Origin: a virus
Lineage: Duplodnaviria > Caudoviricetes
Direction: 5' to 3' (one strand)
Virus record (IMG/VR): IMGVR_UViG_3300028596_000014
Coordinates: 1 to 57,632 of that record
Length of the DNA stretch: 57,632 nucleotides
Every line of letters starts with the position of its first letter. The stretch's first letter is position 1. Shown here piece by piece: positions 34,373-43,248 of this stretch. Made by a program: the position numbers and the translations under genes. The notes below the pieces were generated by a model that was given only the letters and a program-made list of their open reading frames with translations, had not been told where the DNA came from and did no database searches.

Positions 34373-36208
34373 TCAGGCTGCGGCGGTGCCGTCGCAGTCG
34401 ATGTCGACGCCAGCGCCGGTCGCGCCCGACGGGCAGATGGAGACGGTGACCACGCGCGAGTCGTGGCACATCTTCGCCATCAGGTAGCCCTCCTCGGTGA
34501 AGAGCGCCGTGTAGTTGTTCTCGCCCAGCCCGACGGAGTCGTAGATGGTGTCGAGGGTGATGACGTCCGCCGCACCCTTGACCCAGGTACCCGCCGGGTA
34601 CAGCAGGAAGTCCACCGTGGTGGGCCACGCGCCGAACCCGGAGGCCGGGGTCGTCGCGATGTCCTGCCAGTCGTAGACGAACTGCGGGGCGACGCCGCGC
34701 TGACGGAACCAGCCGTTGATCTGCTCGTTCGTCACCGACAGCATGTCGACGCCGAGGCGGCGCGACAGGTCGGAGCGGATGACGCCGTGGACCCACATGG
34801 GGAACACGGCCTCCAGCGTGGCCGACCGCGACATGCGGTTGACCGTGCGGAGGTGCTCCACCTGGAGTTCGATCGCCGTCAGCAGCGGCGCCGTGGCGCC
34901 GACCTGCGGCGACGGCATGATGACGGCCGTCGAGCCAGCGACCATCTTGGCGATGACGTTGGCGTTCAGGCGGTGGTCGTGGCCGATCAGCGCGCCGCGC
35001 AGCACGCGGGCGATGACCTCGGGGTAGCCGCGCGCCTGGAGCAGGCCCGCCGTCAGGCAGAGGCCGCAGACGTCGAGACGCTCCTCGTCGAACTCGGGGC
35101 ACTCGATGTGGTAGCAGGGCTTCGGCCCCTCCACGTTCGGGTCCTCCGGGGTCGCGCCGGGCGCGTACGTGCCGTCGATGTCGTCCTGCTCGGTGAAGCA
35201 GAAGCCCGTGGCCGAGTAGATGGACGCGAAGTCCGGACCCTGGGTGAAGTTGATGCCACCCCGGTTGATGGTGATTTCCGGGACGGAGAGCAGACCGTCG
35301 CGCGACTCCAGTTCGCACAGGTCGTAGATCGTCTCCGACGGCGCGCACCAGCCACCGGCCGCGAGCAGGGAGCCCGAGCCGCCCTGGCCGTTGTCGAGCA
35401 GGGCCTCGTTGCGGGCCGCGTCGATGACGGACTGGATGTGCTCCGGGTCCTTGTTCTTGACCAGGAACCGCTCGTCGGTCGGCTTCTGGATGACCGCCAG
35501 GTTGTGCTGCTGGCGCAGGCGGCGGCCCGAGCGCGCGGCCCGGATGTAGTCCTGCTCCGGGAAGGTCCGCAGCAGGTCGTCCACGCGACCGGCCGTGGTG
35601 GACCAGTCGGTGCCCGCGTTGGTGTCAGGCGTGCGCAGGATGTCCCGGATGGTCCGGTTGCCGTAGCGGTCGGCCGGGGTCTCCTCGCGGCGCGGGGCCG
35701 CAGCGCGCGGGCGGCGCACGGAGTTGAGCGGCACGCGGCGGGCGCCGGTGCCGGACGCGACGAGCGCCGGGTCAGCGGCAGGCTCCTCGACGACGGGCTC
35801 CGTCTCCTCGACGACGGGCGCGTCCACGACGTCGGCCGGGGCGGCGGGCTCGCCCGCACCGGCGCCGGTGTCGCCGCCGAGCGTGATGCCCGCAGCCTCC
35901 GCGAGGGACGCGGCCTCGGCGGCACGCGCTGCGGCGGCCTCGGCGCGGCCGTCCTTCTCGCCCTTGACGCGGGTGATGCCCTCGGTCAGCGCCGAGAGCG
36001 CGTCGACCTGCTCGGAGGTCAGGCCGGTGCCGTCGCCGTAGATGTCCTGGAAGGCGCCGAGCGAGTCGTTGAGCAGGGTCTCGACGTCCGCGTCCGAGAG
36101 GGCCGAAAGGTCCTCCGGGAACTCGATGGCGTCGTCCGTGCCCTGGTCCTCGTAGTTGGTCGCCAGCGGGAACAGCGACTCGCGCCGCCCGCCGAAGATC
36201 TTCGCCAT
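34373..36208 (-). CDS. Major capsid (hexamer-type) protein with N-terminal scaffold-like region, 611 aa
   Basis: AAGGWCAPSETIYD, PEI...RGG, KPC..I.CP.F.E.RL, GYPE, LFTEEG. RBS AGGAGG. Confidence 0.88.
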   Translation of the reverse strand: MAKIFGGRRESLFPLATNYEDQGTDDAIEFPEDLSALSDADVETLLNDSLGAFQDIYGDGTGLTSEQVDALSALTEGITRVKGEKDGRAEAAAARAAEAASLAEAAGITLGGDTGAGAGEPAAPADVVDAPVVEETEPVVEEPAADPALVASGTGARRVPLNSVRRPRAAAPRREETPADRYGNRTIRDILRTPDTNAGTDWSTTAGRVDDLLRTFPEQDYIRAARSGRRLRQQHNLAVIQKPTDERFLVKNKDPEHIQSVIDAARNEALLDNGQGGSGSLLAAGGWCAPSETIYDLCELESRDGLLSVPEITINRGGINFTQGPDFASIYSATGFCFTEQDDIDGTYAPGATPEDPNVEGPKPCYHIECPEFDEERLDVCGLCLTAGLLQARGYPEVIARVLRGALIGHDHRLNANVIAKMVAGSTAVIMPSPQVGATAPLLTAIELQVEHLRTVNRMSRSATLEAVFPMWVHGVIRSDLSRRLGVDMLSVTNEQINGWFRQRGVAPQFVYDWQDIATTPASGFGAWPTTVDFLLYPAGTWVKGAADVITLDTIYDSVGLGENNYTALFTEEGYLMAKMCHDSRVVTVSICPSGATGAGVDIDCDGTAAA

Positions 36209-36274
36209 GGGGTAATCCTCCTGTGAGGGAGGTCCGGCCCTGCGCGCCAGCGACGTATCTCTATCGGGAGGGTA
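36209..36274 (-). promoter_or_regulatory. Late promoter (TACCCT) plus conserved structured leader L1
   Basis: AGAGATACGTCGCTGGC-GCGCA-GGGCCGGA-CCTCC-ctcaca-GGAGG. Confidence 0.6.
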
Positions 36275-36345
36275 GCACCCGTGTACGCACAAACGAGCCC
36301 CGGCCGCTGCACAGATGCAGCAACCGGGGCTCGTATCGGGATGAA

Positions 36346-36603
36346 CTACTCCTTGATGTCGAGGATGCGCCCGTCCGAGGTCAGGCAGTAGTTCGTGTAG
36401 TTGACCCACGTGTTCCGGCCGCCTCCGGCCAGTTCGCTCGTGCGGTCGATGTGCCCGCCCTGAGCGTGGCACCAGGTCTCCCACTCCTCCAGGTCATTGG
36501 CAGACCAGATGATCAGGAAGACGGCAGCGAACACCATGACCACCGCCACCAGCCCGACCGCCGCAGGGGCGACCGGGCCGACGGGGTGGCGGTGGTGCCT
36601 CAC
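36346..36603 (-). CDS. Small membrane protein
   Basis: Hydrophobic stretch AAVGLVAVVMVFAAVFLIIW, GTGA overlap. Confidence 0.65.
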   Translation of the reverse strand: MRHHRHPVGPVAPAAVGLVAVVMVFAAVFLIIWSANDLEEWETWCHAQGGHIDRTSELAGGGRNTWVNYTNYCLTSDGRILDIKE

Positions 36604-36947
36604 GAGCACTTCCCGTCGCGGTAGTACTCGCCCTCGGCGCAGGCCATGTAGACCTGCTCCCCGACGGAGCGCCAGCCCGCCTCCGGCTCGTGCTTGCCGG
36701 GCGCCCCGCCCGTTTCCTCCCGGAGGTACAGGCTGTAGGACGCGGGCCGGTGCTGCTGGCAGGAGTACGGGACCGTCCGCGTGGAGGTCGTCTTGCCGTT
36801 GTAGTACGGGACCGACCGGTAGCAGGTCGTCCAGTACCACTCGGCCGGGCGGTAGTCCTTCTGGACGACCGTCCCCTCCGCCGGGCCGCACCCGGCGAGG
36901 GCCACCGCCGCCACGAGGGCGACGGCGGCCACACGCAGGCGGCGCAT
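36600..36947 (-). CDS. Lipoprotein
   Basis: Signal peptide MRRLRVAAVALVAAVA followed by the lipobox LAGC. Confidence 0.8.
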   Translation of the reverse strand: MRRLRVAAVALVAAVALAGCGPAEGTVVQKDYRPAEWYWTTCYRSVPYYNGKTTSTRTVPYSCQQHRPASYSLYLREETGGAPGKHEPEAGWRSVGEQVYMACAEGEYYRDGKCS

Positions 36948-37201
36948 CAGGCGGCGCGCCGGATGTAGGTGGCGGAGGTGTCCACCGTCGAGCGGCGGAA
37001 GATGCTCGGGGCGCCCGCCGGGCGCTGCACCAGCCACTCGCCCTCGATCTGCGTGATCCGCCGACCGGTGAGCCGGGTGCGCGCCCGGGTGACGAGCACC
37101 AGCGGCGTGCCCTGCTCGCTGAGCAGGATGTCGCCCGGCAGGACGCGGCGCGCCGTCGTGACGAACTCGGCGGCCGGGGCGGGAGCGGTGAGCGTGTTCA
37201 T
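36947..37201 (-). CDS. Hypothetical protein, 84 aa
   Basis: RBS AGGAGG. Confidence 0.7.
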   Translation of the reverse strand: MNTLTAPAPAAEFVTTARRVLPGDILLSEQGTPLVLVTRARTRLTGRRITQIEGEWLVQRPAGAPSIFRRSTVDTSATYIRRAA

Positions 37202-37234
37202 GATTCCTCCTGGTTAGGGATGCTGCGGGGTGGA

Positions 37235-37252
37235 TGTGCTGACTTGCGTCAC
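37235..37252 (-). promoter_or_regulatory. Degenerate motif copy GTGACGCAAGTCAGCACA (15/18)
   Basis: Keeps the 3' half GTCAGCACA. No -10 box in front. Lies upstream of the 37201 start. Confidence 0.55.
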
Positions 37253-37346
37253 CCGCTCCGGACTTGCACCGGAGGCGCCTACGCGCTGCGGGCGGTGACC
37301 CAGGGTGCGGCCCGGGGGTGTCCCCAAGCCGGGCCGCACCGGGAAC

Positions 37347-37760
37347 TCAGATGGCCGAGAAGGCGGCCAGGATGTCCTCGCTGGAGGCGAGGCCCGCGCG
37401 CTCGGCCTGCTCCTCCTCGATGACGCCGATGATGAGGTCCGTCTCCGCGATGCGCTCCTTGCGGTCGTCCCCGATGTAGAGGTTGACCAGGTTGCGGCGG
37501 TCCTTGTGCAGCGACTCACGCAGCAGGTCGAGCACGGTGCTGTCCATCTCGGCCACCTGCTGGGCGACCTGCTCCTTGGCGGCCATGCGGCTCCGGGAGG
37601 CCCAGGCAGCGTCCTCCTCGGCGCGGCGAGCGGCCTCGGCGGCGTCAGCCTCGGGAGCCTCGACCGTGACCTCCTCGACGAGGCAGGTGCCGCAGAACTG
37701 GTCGCTGTCGTGCTCGCACTCAGCGGTGCGGGTGACGTCGGTGCGGGTGACGGTGCTCAT
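37347..37760 (-). CDS. Hypothetical protein, 137 aa
   Basis: RBS GGAGG. First gene after motif copy 7. Confidence 0.75.
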   Translation of the reverse strand: MSTVTRTDVTRTAECEHDSDQFCGTCLVEEVTVEAPEADAAEAARRAEEDAAWASRSRMAAKEQVAQQVAEMDSTVLDLLRESLHKDRRNLVNLYIGDDRKERIAETDLIIGVIEEEQAERAGLASSEDILAAFSAI

Positions 37761-37784
37761 GATGACCTCCGGTTTGTGTTGCGT

Positions 37785-37802
37785 TGTGCTGACATACGTA
37801 AC
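37785..37802 (-). promoter_or_regulatory. 18-bp motif copy 7 (TTGCAC-N17-TAATGT)
   Basis: Exact motif. Confidence 0.9.
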
Positions 37803-37839
37803 ATTAGCCTCCGCGCAGACAGCGTGCAACCCCTGGGGA

Positions 37840-37881
37840 TAAGAAAGTCCCTGACCCGAGGCATCGCCTCAGGTCAGGGAC
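37840..37881 (-). terminator. Intrinsic terminator ending the protease transcript
   Basis: gtccctgacc..gaggc/gcctc..ggtcagggac followed by TTTCTT on the minus strand. Confidence 0.75.
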
Positions 37882-37891
37882 CAGAAATTGC

Positions 37892-38008
37892 TCAGGAAGC
37901 CGGAGCGGGCTGCGGCTTCGGTGCGGGCTTCGGGGCGACCTTGGCCGCCGTCTTGGCCGCGCTGGTGGCCGCCGGGTTCTTCCGGGGCCGCTTGTTACAT
38001 GCGCACAT
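37892..38008 (-). CDS. Small basic peptide MCACNK..., 38 aa
   Basis: RBS AGGAGG, located after the protease gene. Confidence 0.6.
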   Translation of the reverse strand: MCACNKRPRKNPAATSAAKTAAKVAPKPAPKPQPAPAS

Positions 38009-38036
38009 GGAGCCTCCTACGTGGGTGACATGTCCC

Positions 38037-39599
38037 CTACAGCGTACCGAGCGACTGAGCGAACGCCAGCACCTTGACGCGCTTCGCCATCTCGGCCGCC
38101 TCCGCGAGCCGCTCGTCCGACGCCGGGGCGACGCGCGCCTGCCGCTGCCGCTCCGCGTCCGCGAGGTGCTTGAGGTAGCGCAGGTCGTCCACCGACAGCG
38201 CACCGGGCAGCCCCGGGCGCAGCACCTCGCGAGGGGCGAGCATCCCCGCCGCCACGAGGGACTGCATGGCGCCGCCCGCCACGAGCGCGCGCGTGCGCGG
38301 GACCGGGAAGCCGGGCACGTTGACGCCGAGCGCCGCGACCAGTTCCATCCCGGCGCCGATGCGACGCCAGTCGCCGGAGATGGGCGAGGCGCGTAGCGCG
38401 CGCACCTGCTCCGGGGTGGCGTTCGGCCGGACGACGCCCGCCACCCAGATGCCGAACGAGTCCTCGCCCGCCCGCACGTAGGCCACCGCCGTGCCGGTGT
38501 TGTCGTAGTGCGCCAGCGCCTCGGGCGAGCGCAGGTTCGCCTCGGCGTGGCCGGTGTCGATGGTCAGGTGCCCCACCGCCACCTCGCTGCCGTCGTCGAC
38601 CTGCACGGCGCCCGTGTGGAAGAAGGCGTAGCCGCTCGGGGACGACGGCGGGGTGACGCACTGCCCCGGGTAGCCGATGTGGCAGGTGTCCCAGGTGGCG
38701 ATGTGGCCGAACACGCGGCCGGTGTCGCTGACCGTGAGCGGCGTCGGGCCGTCCAGGTCCGGCGCGTCGAAGGCAGCGCGCGGCGGCGCGACGCGCTCGG
38801 TGACCGTGGCAGCCGCCGTCAGCGCGGGCAGCAGTTCGGCGGCGAGCGCGTCGCCGTCGATCAGGGCGACCAGTGCCTCCGCGAAGGCGGGCGTCGCCAC
38901 GAGCGTGGCCGCGCGCACGCGCGCCGACGTGGTGACCATCATCTCGTCGTCGCTGGACATCGACAGGACGGTCACGTAGCCGCGCTCGTCGGTGGCGCGG
39001 GCCTCGCTCTCCGGCCAGATGGGAGCGCCCGTCTCCGGGTCGTAGCCGGTCGGCTGCATGGCCTCGTCCATCTGGGGCTCCAGCAGTTCGGCCTTCACCC
39101 GAATCTCGAACGACACGTCGTCCAGGTCCATCGAGATGCCGGGCGTCAGGCCCTCCTGGACCTGCCGGTAGGCCTCCCGGCCGATGTCGCTGCCGAGGTC
39201 GAACGCGCCCGAGCCGATGATGGCCCCGTTCTCGCCGCGCGTGATGTCGCTGATCCACCCGACGACGCGAGCGCCCTGGTGGCCGCCGTTGTTCTCGGGC
39301 GCCCACAGCAGCGGCACGGGCACGGACCACGACAGCGCGTTCGCCTCGATGAGGCGGCCGTCGCCGGTGGGGCGCGTCTCGTAGCCGATCGGGCCGGTCC
39401 ACTGCGCGGCCGGGGTGCCTGCGGCGATCAGGGTCTGGATCTGCTCCAGGTAGGCGCCGTCCTCGAAGCCGACGGCGGTAGCGGCGGCCGAGCACGGCGC
39501 GCAGTCGGCGTCCGTGGATGCGGCGCGGGCGGCTGCGTCGGCAACGGCGATGGGCGCGTAGGTGGTCAGGGCCAGGGGGTCGAGCGGTCGGTGCTGCAC
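38037..39599 (-). CDS. Capsid maturation (prohead) protease
   Basis: TGDGR, GGH..A.VVG.I, GISMDLD, ATLVATPAF. Second domain GHIA.W..CH, SGDWR. Confidence 0.8.
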   Translation of the reverse strand: MQHRPLDPLALTTYAPIAVADAAARAASTDADCAPCSAAATAVGFEDGAYLEQIQTLIAAGTPAAQWTGPIGYETRPTGDGRLIEANALSWSVPVPLLWAPENNGGHQGARVVGWISDITRGENGAIIGSGAFDLGSDIGREAYRQVQEGLTPGISMDLDDVSFEIRVKAELLEPQMDEAMQPTGYDPETGAPIWPESEARATDERGYVTVLSMSSDDEMMVTTSARVRAATLVATPAFAEALVALIDGDALAAELLPALTAAATVTERVAPPRAAFDAPDLDGPTPLTVSDTGRVFGHIATWDTCHIGYPGQCVTPPSSPSGYAFFHTGAVQVDDGSEVAVGHLTIDTGHAEANLRSPEALAHYDNTGTAVAYVRAGEDSFGIWVAGVVRPNATPEQVRALRASPISGDWRRIGAGMELVAALGVNVPGFPVPRTRALVAGGAMQSLVAAGMLAPREVLRPGLPGALSVDDLRYLKHLADAERQRQARVAPASDERLAEAAEMAKRVKVLAFAQSLGTL

Positions 39600-39662
39600 A
39601 GGAACCTCCGTAGGTCCCGTGCGGCCCGAACGCCAGCCACGTACGTATCTCCCGCCAGGGTA
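39600..39662 (-). promoter_or_regulatory. Late promoter (TACCCT) plus conserved structured leader L3
   Basis: AGATACGTACGTGGCTGGC-GTTC-GGGCCG...GGGACCT-acgg-AGGTTCC. Confidence 0.6.
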
Positions 39663-39664
39663 GC

Positions 39665-39726
39665 CGTTCTTCTTTCATCATCACCCCCTCCCTTATAGGG
39701 GAGGGGGTGATGAACGAAGAACGATC
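39665..39726. repeat. Long palindrome family, copy P5 (inverted relative to P4)
   Basis: Reverse complement shares both arms and the TATAA loop with P4, with a different but still pairing core. Confidence 0.9.
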
Positions 39727-39729
39727 CGC

Positions 39730-40710
39730 TCAGAACAGGACAGATGCGCCGATGAGCGTGCACCGGCAGTTGATGGTCTCTTCGGCCGGGCCGGACGGGT
39801 CCCCGGGCATGAGAAGCGGCGCCCCACCGACGTCGAACGGGGCCGTCAACGGGACCACCTGCCGGTCCGCGAGGACGTGGCTCGGCCGGGTGCGGCTGTC
39901 GCGCGTGGCAATCCACGCCTTCTGGTCCTCGCCCTCGTCGCTGAGCGCGGCGAGCCCGGCTGCGTTGTAGGCCCCGGTCGACTCCGTGCGGGCGATGCGC
40001 TGCGCGCGCGTGTTCCAGTACGACTGCTCGGCGTCGAGCGCGAGCCGCGCGCGGGTGCGGTCGGCCTGCAACTGCGCCACCACCGGGTCGTTCTCGCGAG
40101 CGGCCTCGCGCGCCGGGGTGCCGGGCGGCCCGAGCGGGTCGAGGATCGCCTCGATGTCCGTCGTCAGGCGCTCGTACTCGCTGCGCCAGTACGCGCCGTC
40201 CACCTCCCAATCCAGGTCAGCAGCAATCCGGGCGGACAGTTCGTTGTTCGTCCAGCCGAACGACGCGGCCAGCGTCACCGCGACGCGCACCAGGTCGAAG
40301 GCGGCGTCGGGCAGGGGCGGCGTCAGCCCGCGCACGAGCCGGTCCGACACGCGGGCCAGGTACTCGTCCAGATTGTCCAGGCTGGACAGCGTCTCCTCGC
40401 CGTCGGACGTGGCCCCGTACCCGGCCCGCCACGCGCGGCGCACGGCGTCGATGACGTAGTCCGCCACGAACGTCTCCCACCAGCCGGTGAGCGTGCCGAG
40501 CGTCAGCGGCCACACCCGGGTCGCGCCCGGGGTGAGCGCCGCCACGAGCGACTGCGGGTTGGGCGCCTGCCGAACGCCGTAGTCGGCGGCCTCCGTGACG
40601 GCGCTCAGGAAGGCGCGGACGGCCCGGTCGACTGCCGGGCCGACCACGTCCTCCTCGATGCGGTCCAAGTCGGCCAGGAGGCCGCTGGCCGACCGCTGCC
40701 GGAGCGTCAC
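39730..40710 (-). CDS. MuF-like minor head protein
   Basis: RAQRIARTE, KAWIAT.D.RTR.SH, PGDP...E.INCRC. Confidence 0.9.
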   Translation of the reverse strand: MTLRQRSASGLLADLDRIEEDVVGPAVDRAVRAFLSAVTEAADYGVRQAPNPQSLVAALTPGATRVWPLTLGTLTGWWETFVADYVIDAVRRAWRAGYGATSDGEETLSSLDNLDEYLARVSDRLVRGLTPPLPDAAFDLVRVAVTLAASFGWTNNELSARIAADLDWEVDGAYWRSEYERLTTDIEAILDPLGPPGTPAREAARENDPVVAQLQADRTRARLALDAEQSYWNTRAQRIARTESTGAYNAAGLAALSDEGEDQKAWIATRDSRTRPSHVLADRQVVPLTAPFDVGGAPLLMPGDPSGPAEETINCRCTLIGASVLF

Positions 40711-41165
40711 GGGGTCACGTCCGGCAGGGTGAGGCCGATCTTGCCGACGAGCCAGTACCGCAGCGACACGGTCTCGTGCTCCAGGCTGCGCTCCAGCAGC
40801 AGCCGGACGTACTCGTCCAGGCACTTGGTCAGCACCTCGGCCGAGACGCCGAGCGCGTCGGCGCGGCGTGTGGTCAGCAGCGCGGGCAGCACGTCCCACG
40901 CGGAGTCCAGCGTGCGGTCGACGTCCTTGCTGTCGGCGTGCCACAGCGTGTGCGCGACGTGCCACGGCCGCCCGTCGAACTCCTTGAAGCGGCTGCGCGG
41001 CTGCCGGACGATCTTCCGGCCGAGCGAGTCGAGCGCCTTGATGACGAGCACGTCGCACACGTCGAGCAGGGCGGAGCGCTCCGCGAGCGCGGGCAGCGAC
41101 CAGGCGCCGCAGGCGGGACACGGCGAGACGGGCGACTGCCCGGCGGACGGGGTCATGGCGGTCAC
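40707..41165 (-). CDS. Hypothetical protein after the portal gene
   Basis: GTGA overlaps at both ends. Confidence 0.7.
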   Translation of the reverse strand: MTAMTPSAGQSPVSPCPACGAWSLPALAERSALLDVCDVLVIKALDSLGRKIVRQPRSRFKEFDGRPWHVAHTLWHADSKDVDRTLDSAWDVLPALLTTRRADALGVSAEVLTKCLDEYVRLLLERSLEHETVSLRYWLVGKIGLTLPDVTP

Positions 41166-42814
41166 TCGGTGGCTCCTTCATCGATCGGGGCGGGGTCGTT
41201 GGCCGTGTCGGGCAGGCCGTCGGCGGCGGGCTCCGGGTCCGGCTCGGGCTCCGGCTCGGCCTGGCCGACCGGCTCGCCGGTGCGCCCGGCCAGCACCTCG
41301 CGGATCTGCCCGAGCAGCGCGGGCATCCCGGGGTTGGCCGCGAGCGCGGGCGTCTGCTGCACCATCGCGAGCACCATGGCGACGGCGGCGTCCATCCCGC
41401 CGTCCTCCGGAGCGTCCTCGTCGGTGAAGCCGGTCTCGCGCCGCAGTGCGTCGTCGTTGATGACGCCGCGCTCGTGCGCGGTGAAGGCGTCCGCCGTGTT
41501 GTTCGGGCGGCTGATCAGGTGCTGCACCGAGTAGTGCACCACGTAGTCCGCCGCCTGCTCCTCGGTGAAGCCGCCCCGCGCCTCCAGCATGGGGTGGAGG
41601 AACTGCGTGGTCAGCGCGTCGCAGAAGCGCGCCAGCGGCGGCTCCACGTGCGTGGTGATCGTGTCCTCCTTGACCAGCCACGCGCCCCAGTGGTTCATCG
41701 AGCCGACGCCGAGCAGCAGTTCCGGCGGGGCGTCCTGCCCGAGCGCGAGGCGGCGGATGGCCTCGTCCCGCAGTTCGCGGGTCTCCTCGTCGAACGGGGT
41801 CGAGAACGACTGGAAGTGCACGTAGTCGGCGGCGGCCCGGCCGGTCCCGTCGTCGGGGATGGGGACGGTGAGCGGGACGACGGCGGCGGCCGACGCGCGG
41901 TCGCGGATCGGGGTGAGCATGGCGTCCATGAACGCCTCGTCGAAGTCGACGTCCTCCGCGTCCTCGCCCTCCCCGGCGATCTTCGCCTTGGCGCTCTGCA
42001 TCAGGAACAGCACACCGGCGCCCGCGAGGCGGCTGTCCGTCTGCGCGGAGATGTGCATGGTCAGGCCGACGAGTTCGCGCAGCACCGGCAGCGAGGCCCG
42101 CGTGGGGCTGTTCGCGTCGCGACGGCGGCGCGGGTGGCTGTTCCACACGCGGATCAGGTAGATGTCCCGCTGCGAGACGTGGATCTTGCCGTCCGTGTCG
42201 GCGGCGTCGGCGTCGGCCCACTCCAACTGCACGCTGGAGCCGTCGATCAGCACCTCGTCGACGGACATGTAGCGCCACACCAGGTCGTCCACGGCAATCT
42301 CCGTGGGCTCGGGGGTCACCTCCGGCGCGATGCGGAACTCCAGGTCCGACTCCGGGTCCACCTGCGCGGCGAGGAACTGCTTGGGCACGCCGACCAGGTA
42401 GCCCTCCCCCGCGACGCGGTCGTTCGCGCCGTAGCGCTCCAGCATCTGCGAGCGCTCGGACTCCGTGCCGAGCAGGTCGAGCACGTCGGCCGGGTCGCCC
42501 TCCTCGACGGGGACGGGCGCGCCGAGTTCGTCCTGATCGCTGACGCGGCCGACGTACAGCCGGGCGCGGCCGATCGTGTTGGCGATCGTGTCGACGATGT
42601 AGCGCTGCTCGCCCACGAGGTCGTACATGTCCCACGCCTCGCCCTGCCAGCCGGTGTTGGTGCCCTTGAGCACGAACGACCGGTCGACGTTGCGCTCCTT
42701 GAGCCGGGCGGCGGACGCGCGGATGGACTTGACCATCCACCCCCAGGGCGTCTTCGGGGTCTTGTCAGGGAGCGCGCGGCGCGTCGAGCGCACCGGCGGG
42801 GCGGTAAGGGTCAT
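41162..42814 (-). CDS. Portal protein
   Basis: WQ.EAW.MYD.VGE, SRLAGAGV, RRLALGQD.PPE.LLG..NHW.AW. Confidence 0.88.
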   Translation of the reverse strand: MTLTAPPVRSTRRALPDKTPKTPWGWMVKSIRASAARLKERNVDRSFVLKGTNTGWQGEAWDMYDLVGEQRYIVDTIANTIGRARLYVGRVSDQDELGAPVPVEEGDPADVLDLLGTESERSQMLERYGANDRVAGEGYLVGVPKQFLAAQVDPESDLEFRIAPEVTPEPTEIAVDDLVWRYMSVDEVLIDGSSVQLEWADADAADTDGKIHVSQRDIYLIRVWNSHPRRRRDANSPTRASLPVLRELVGLTMHISAQTDSRLAGAGVLFLMQSAKAKIAGEGEDAEDVDFDEAFMDAMLTPIRDRASAAAVVPLTVPIPDDGTGRAAADYVHFQSFSTPFDEETRELRDEAIRRLALGQDAPPELLLGVGSMNHWGAWLVKEDTITTHVEPPLARFCDALTTQFLHPMLEARGGFTEEQAADYVVHYSVQHLISRPNNTADAFTAHERGVINDDALRRETGFTDEDAPEDGGMDAAVAMVLAMVQQTPALAANPGMPALLGQIREVLAGRTGEPVGQAEPEPEPDPEPAADGLPDTANDPAPIDEGATE

Positions 42815-43179
42815 CGGTCGTCCTCCTGGTCGTCTCCGCCATCGTAGATGTCCAGGCGGGCCGCGAGGTGAGCGACGACGTAGTTCAGGGCGAGCGCACC
42901 GACGAGCAGGCGCCAGGCGATCAGCCACCAGCCGCCCGCGAGGTCGGCGCCGTACCACAGCAGCAGGGAGCCGAGGCCGATCCACATACCGATGCAGAAC
43001 GGGCAGATGAACCCGTCGGCCAGCCACTGCTTCCCCTCGCTGAGCCGCCCGCGCAGGCGGGACTCCAGCGGGATGAGCAGGCGGCGGCCGAGGTCGTCCA
43101 CGATGAACAGGCGCACGAGGCGCAGCGTGCCGACGGCGAGGATCAGGCCGTCCAGGAGAACGAGCAGTAGGGGAGACAT
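42811..43179 (-). CDS. DUF1360-like membrane protein
   Basis: RL.RL...D, CPFC.G.W, TM helices. TACGCT-N6-ATG start. Confidence 0.75.
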   Translation of the reverse strand: MSPLLLVLLDGLILAVGTLRLVRLFIVDDLGRRLLIPLESRLRGRLSEGKQWLADGFICPFCIGMWIGLGSLLLWYGADLAGGWWLIAWRLLVGALALNYVVAHLAARLDIYDGGDDQEDDR

Positions 43180-43248
43180 GTGACGAGCGTACACAGACGG
43201 ACGCCCCGCCCTCCCGGCAGGGGGAGAACGGGGCGCCTGGTGGAGAGG

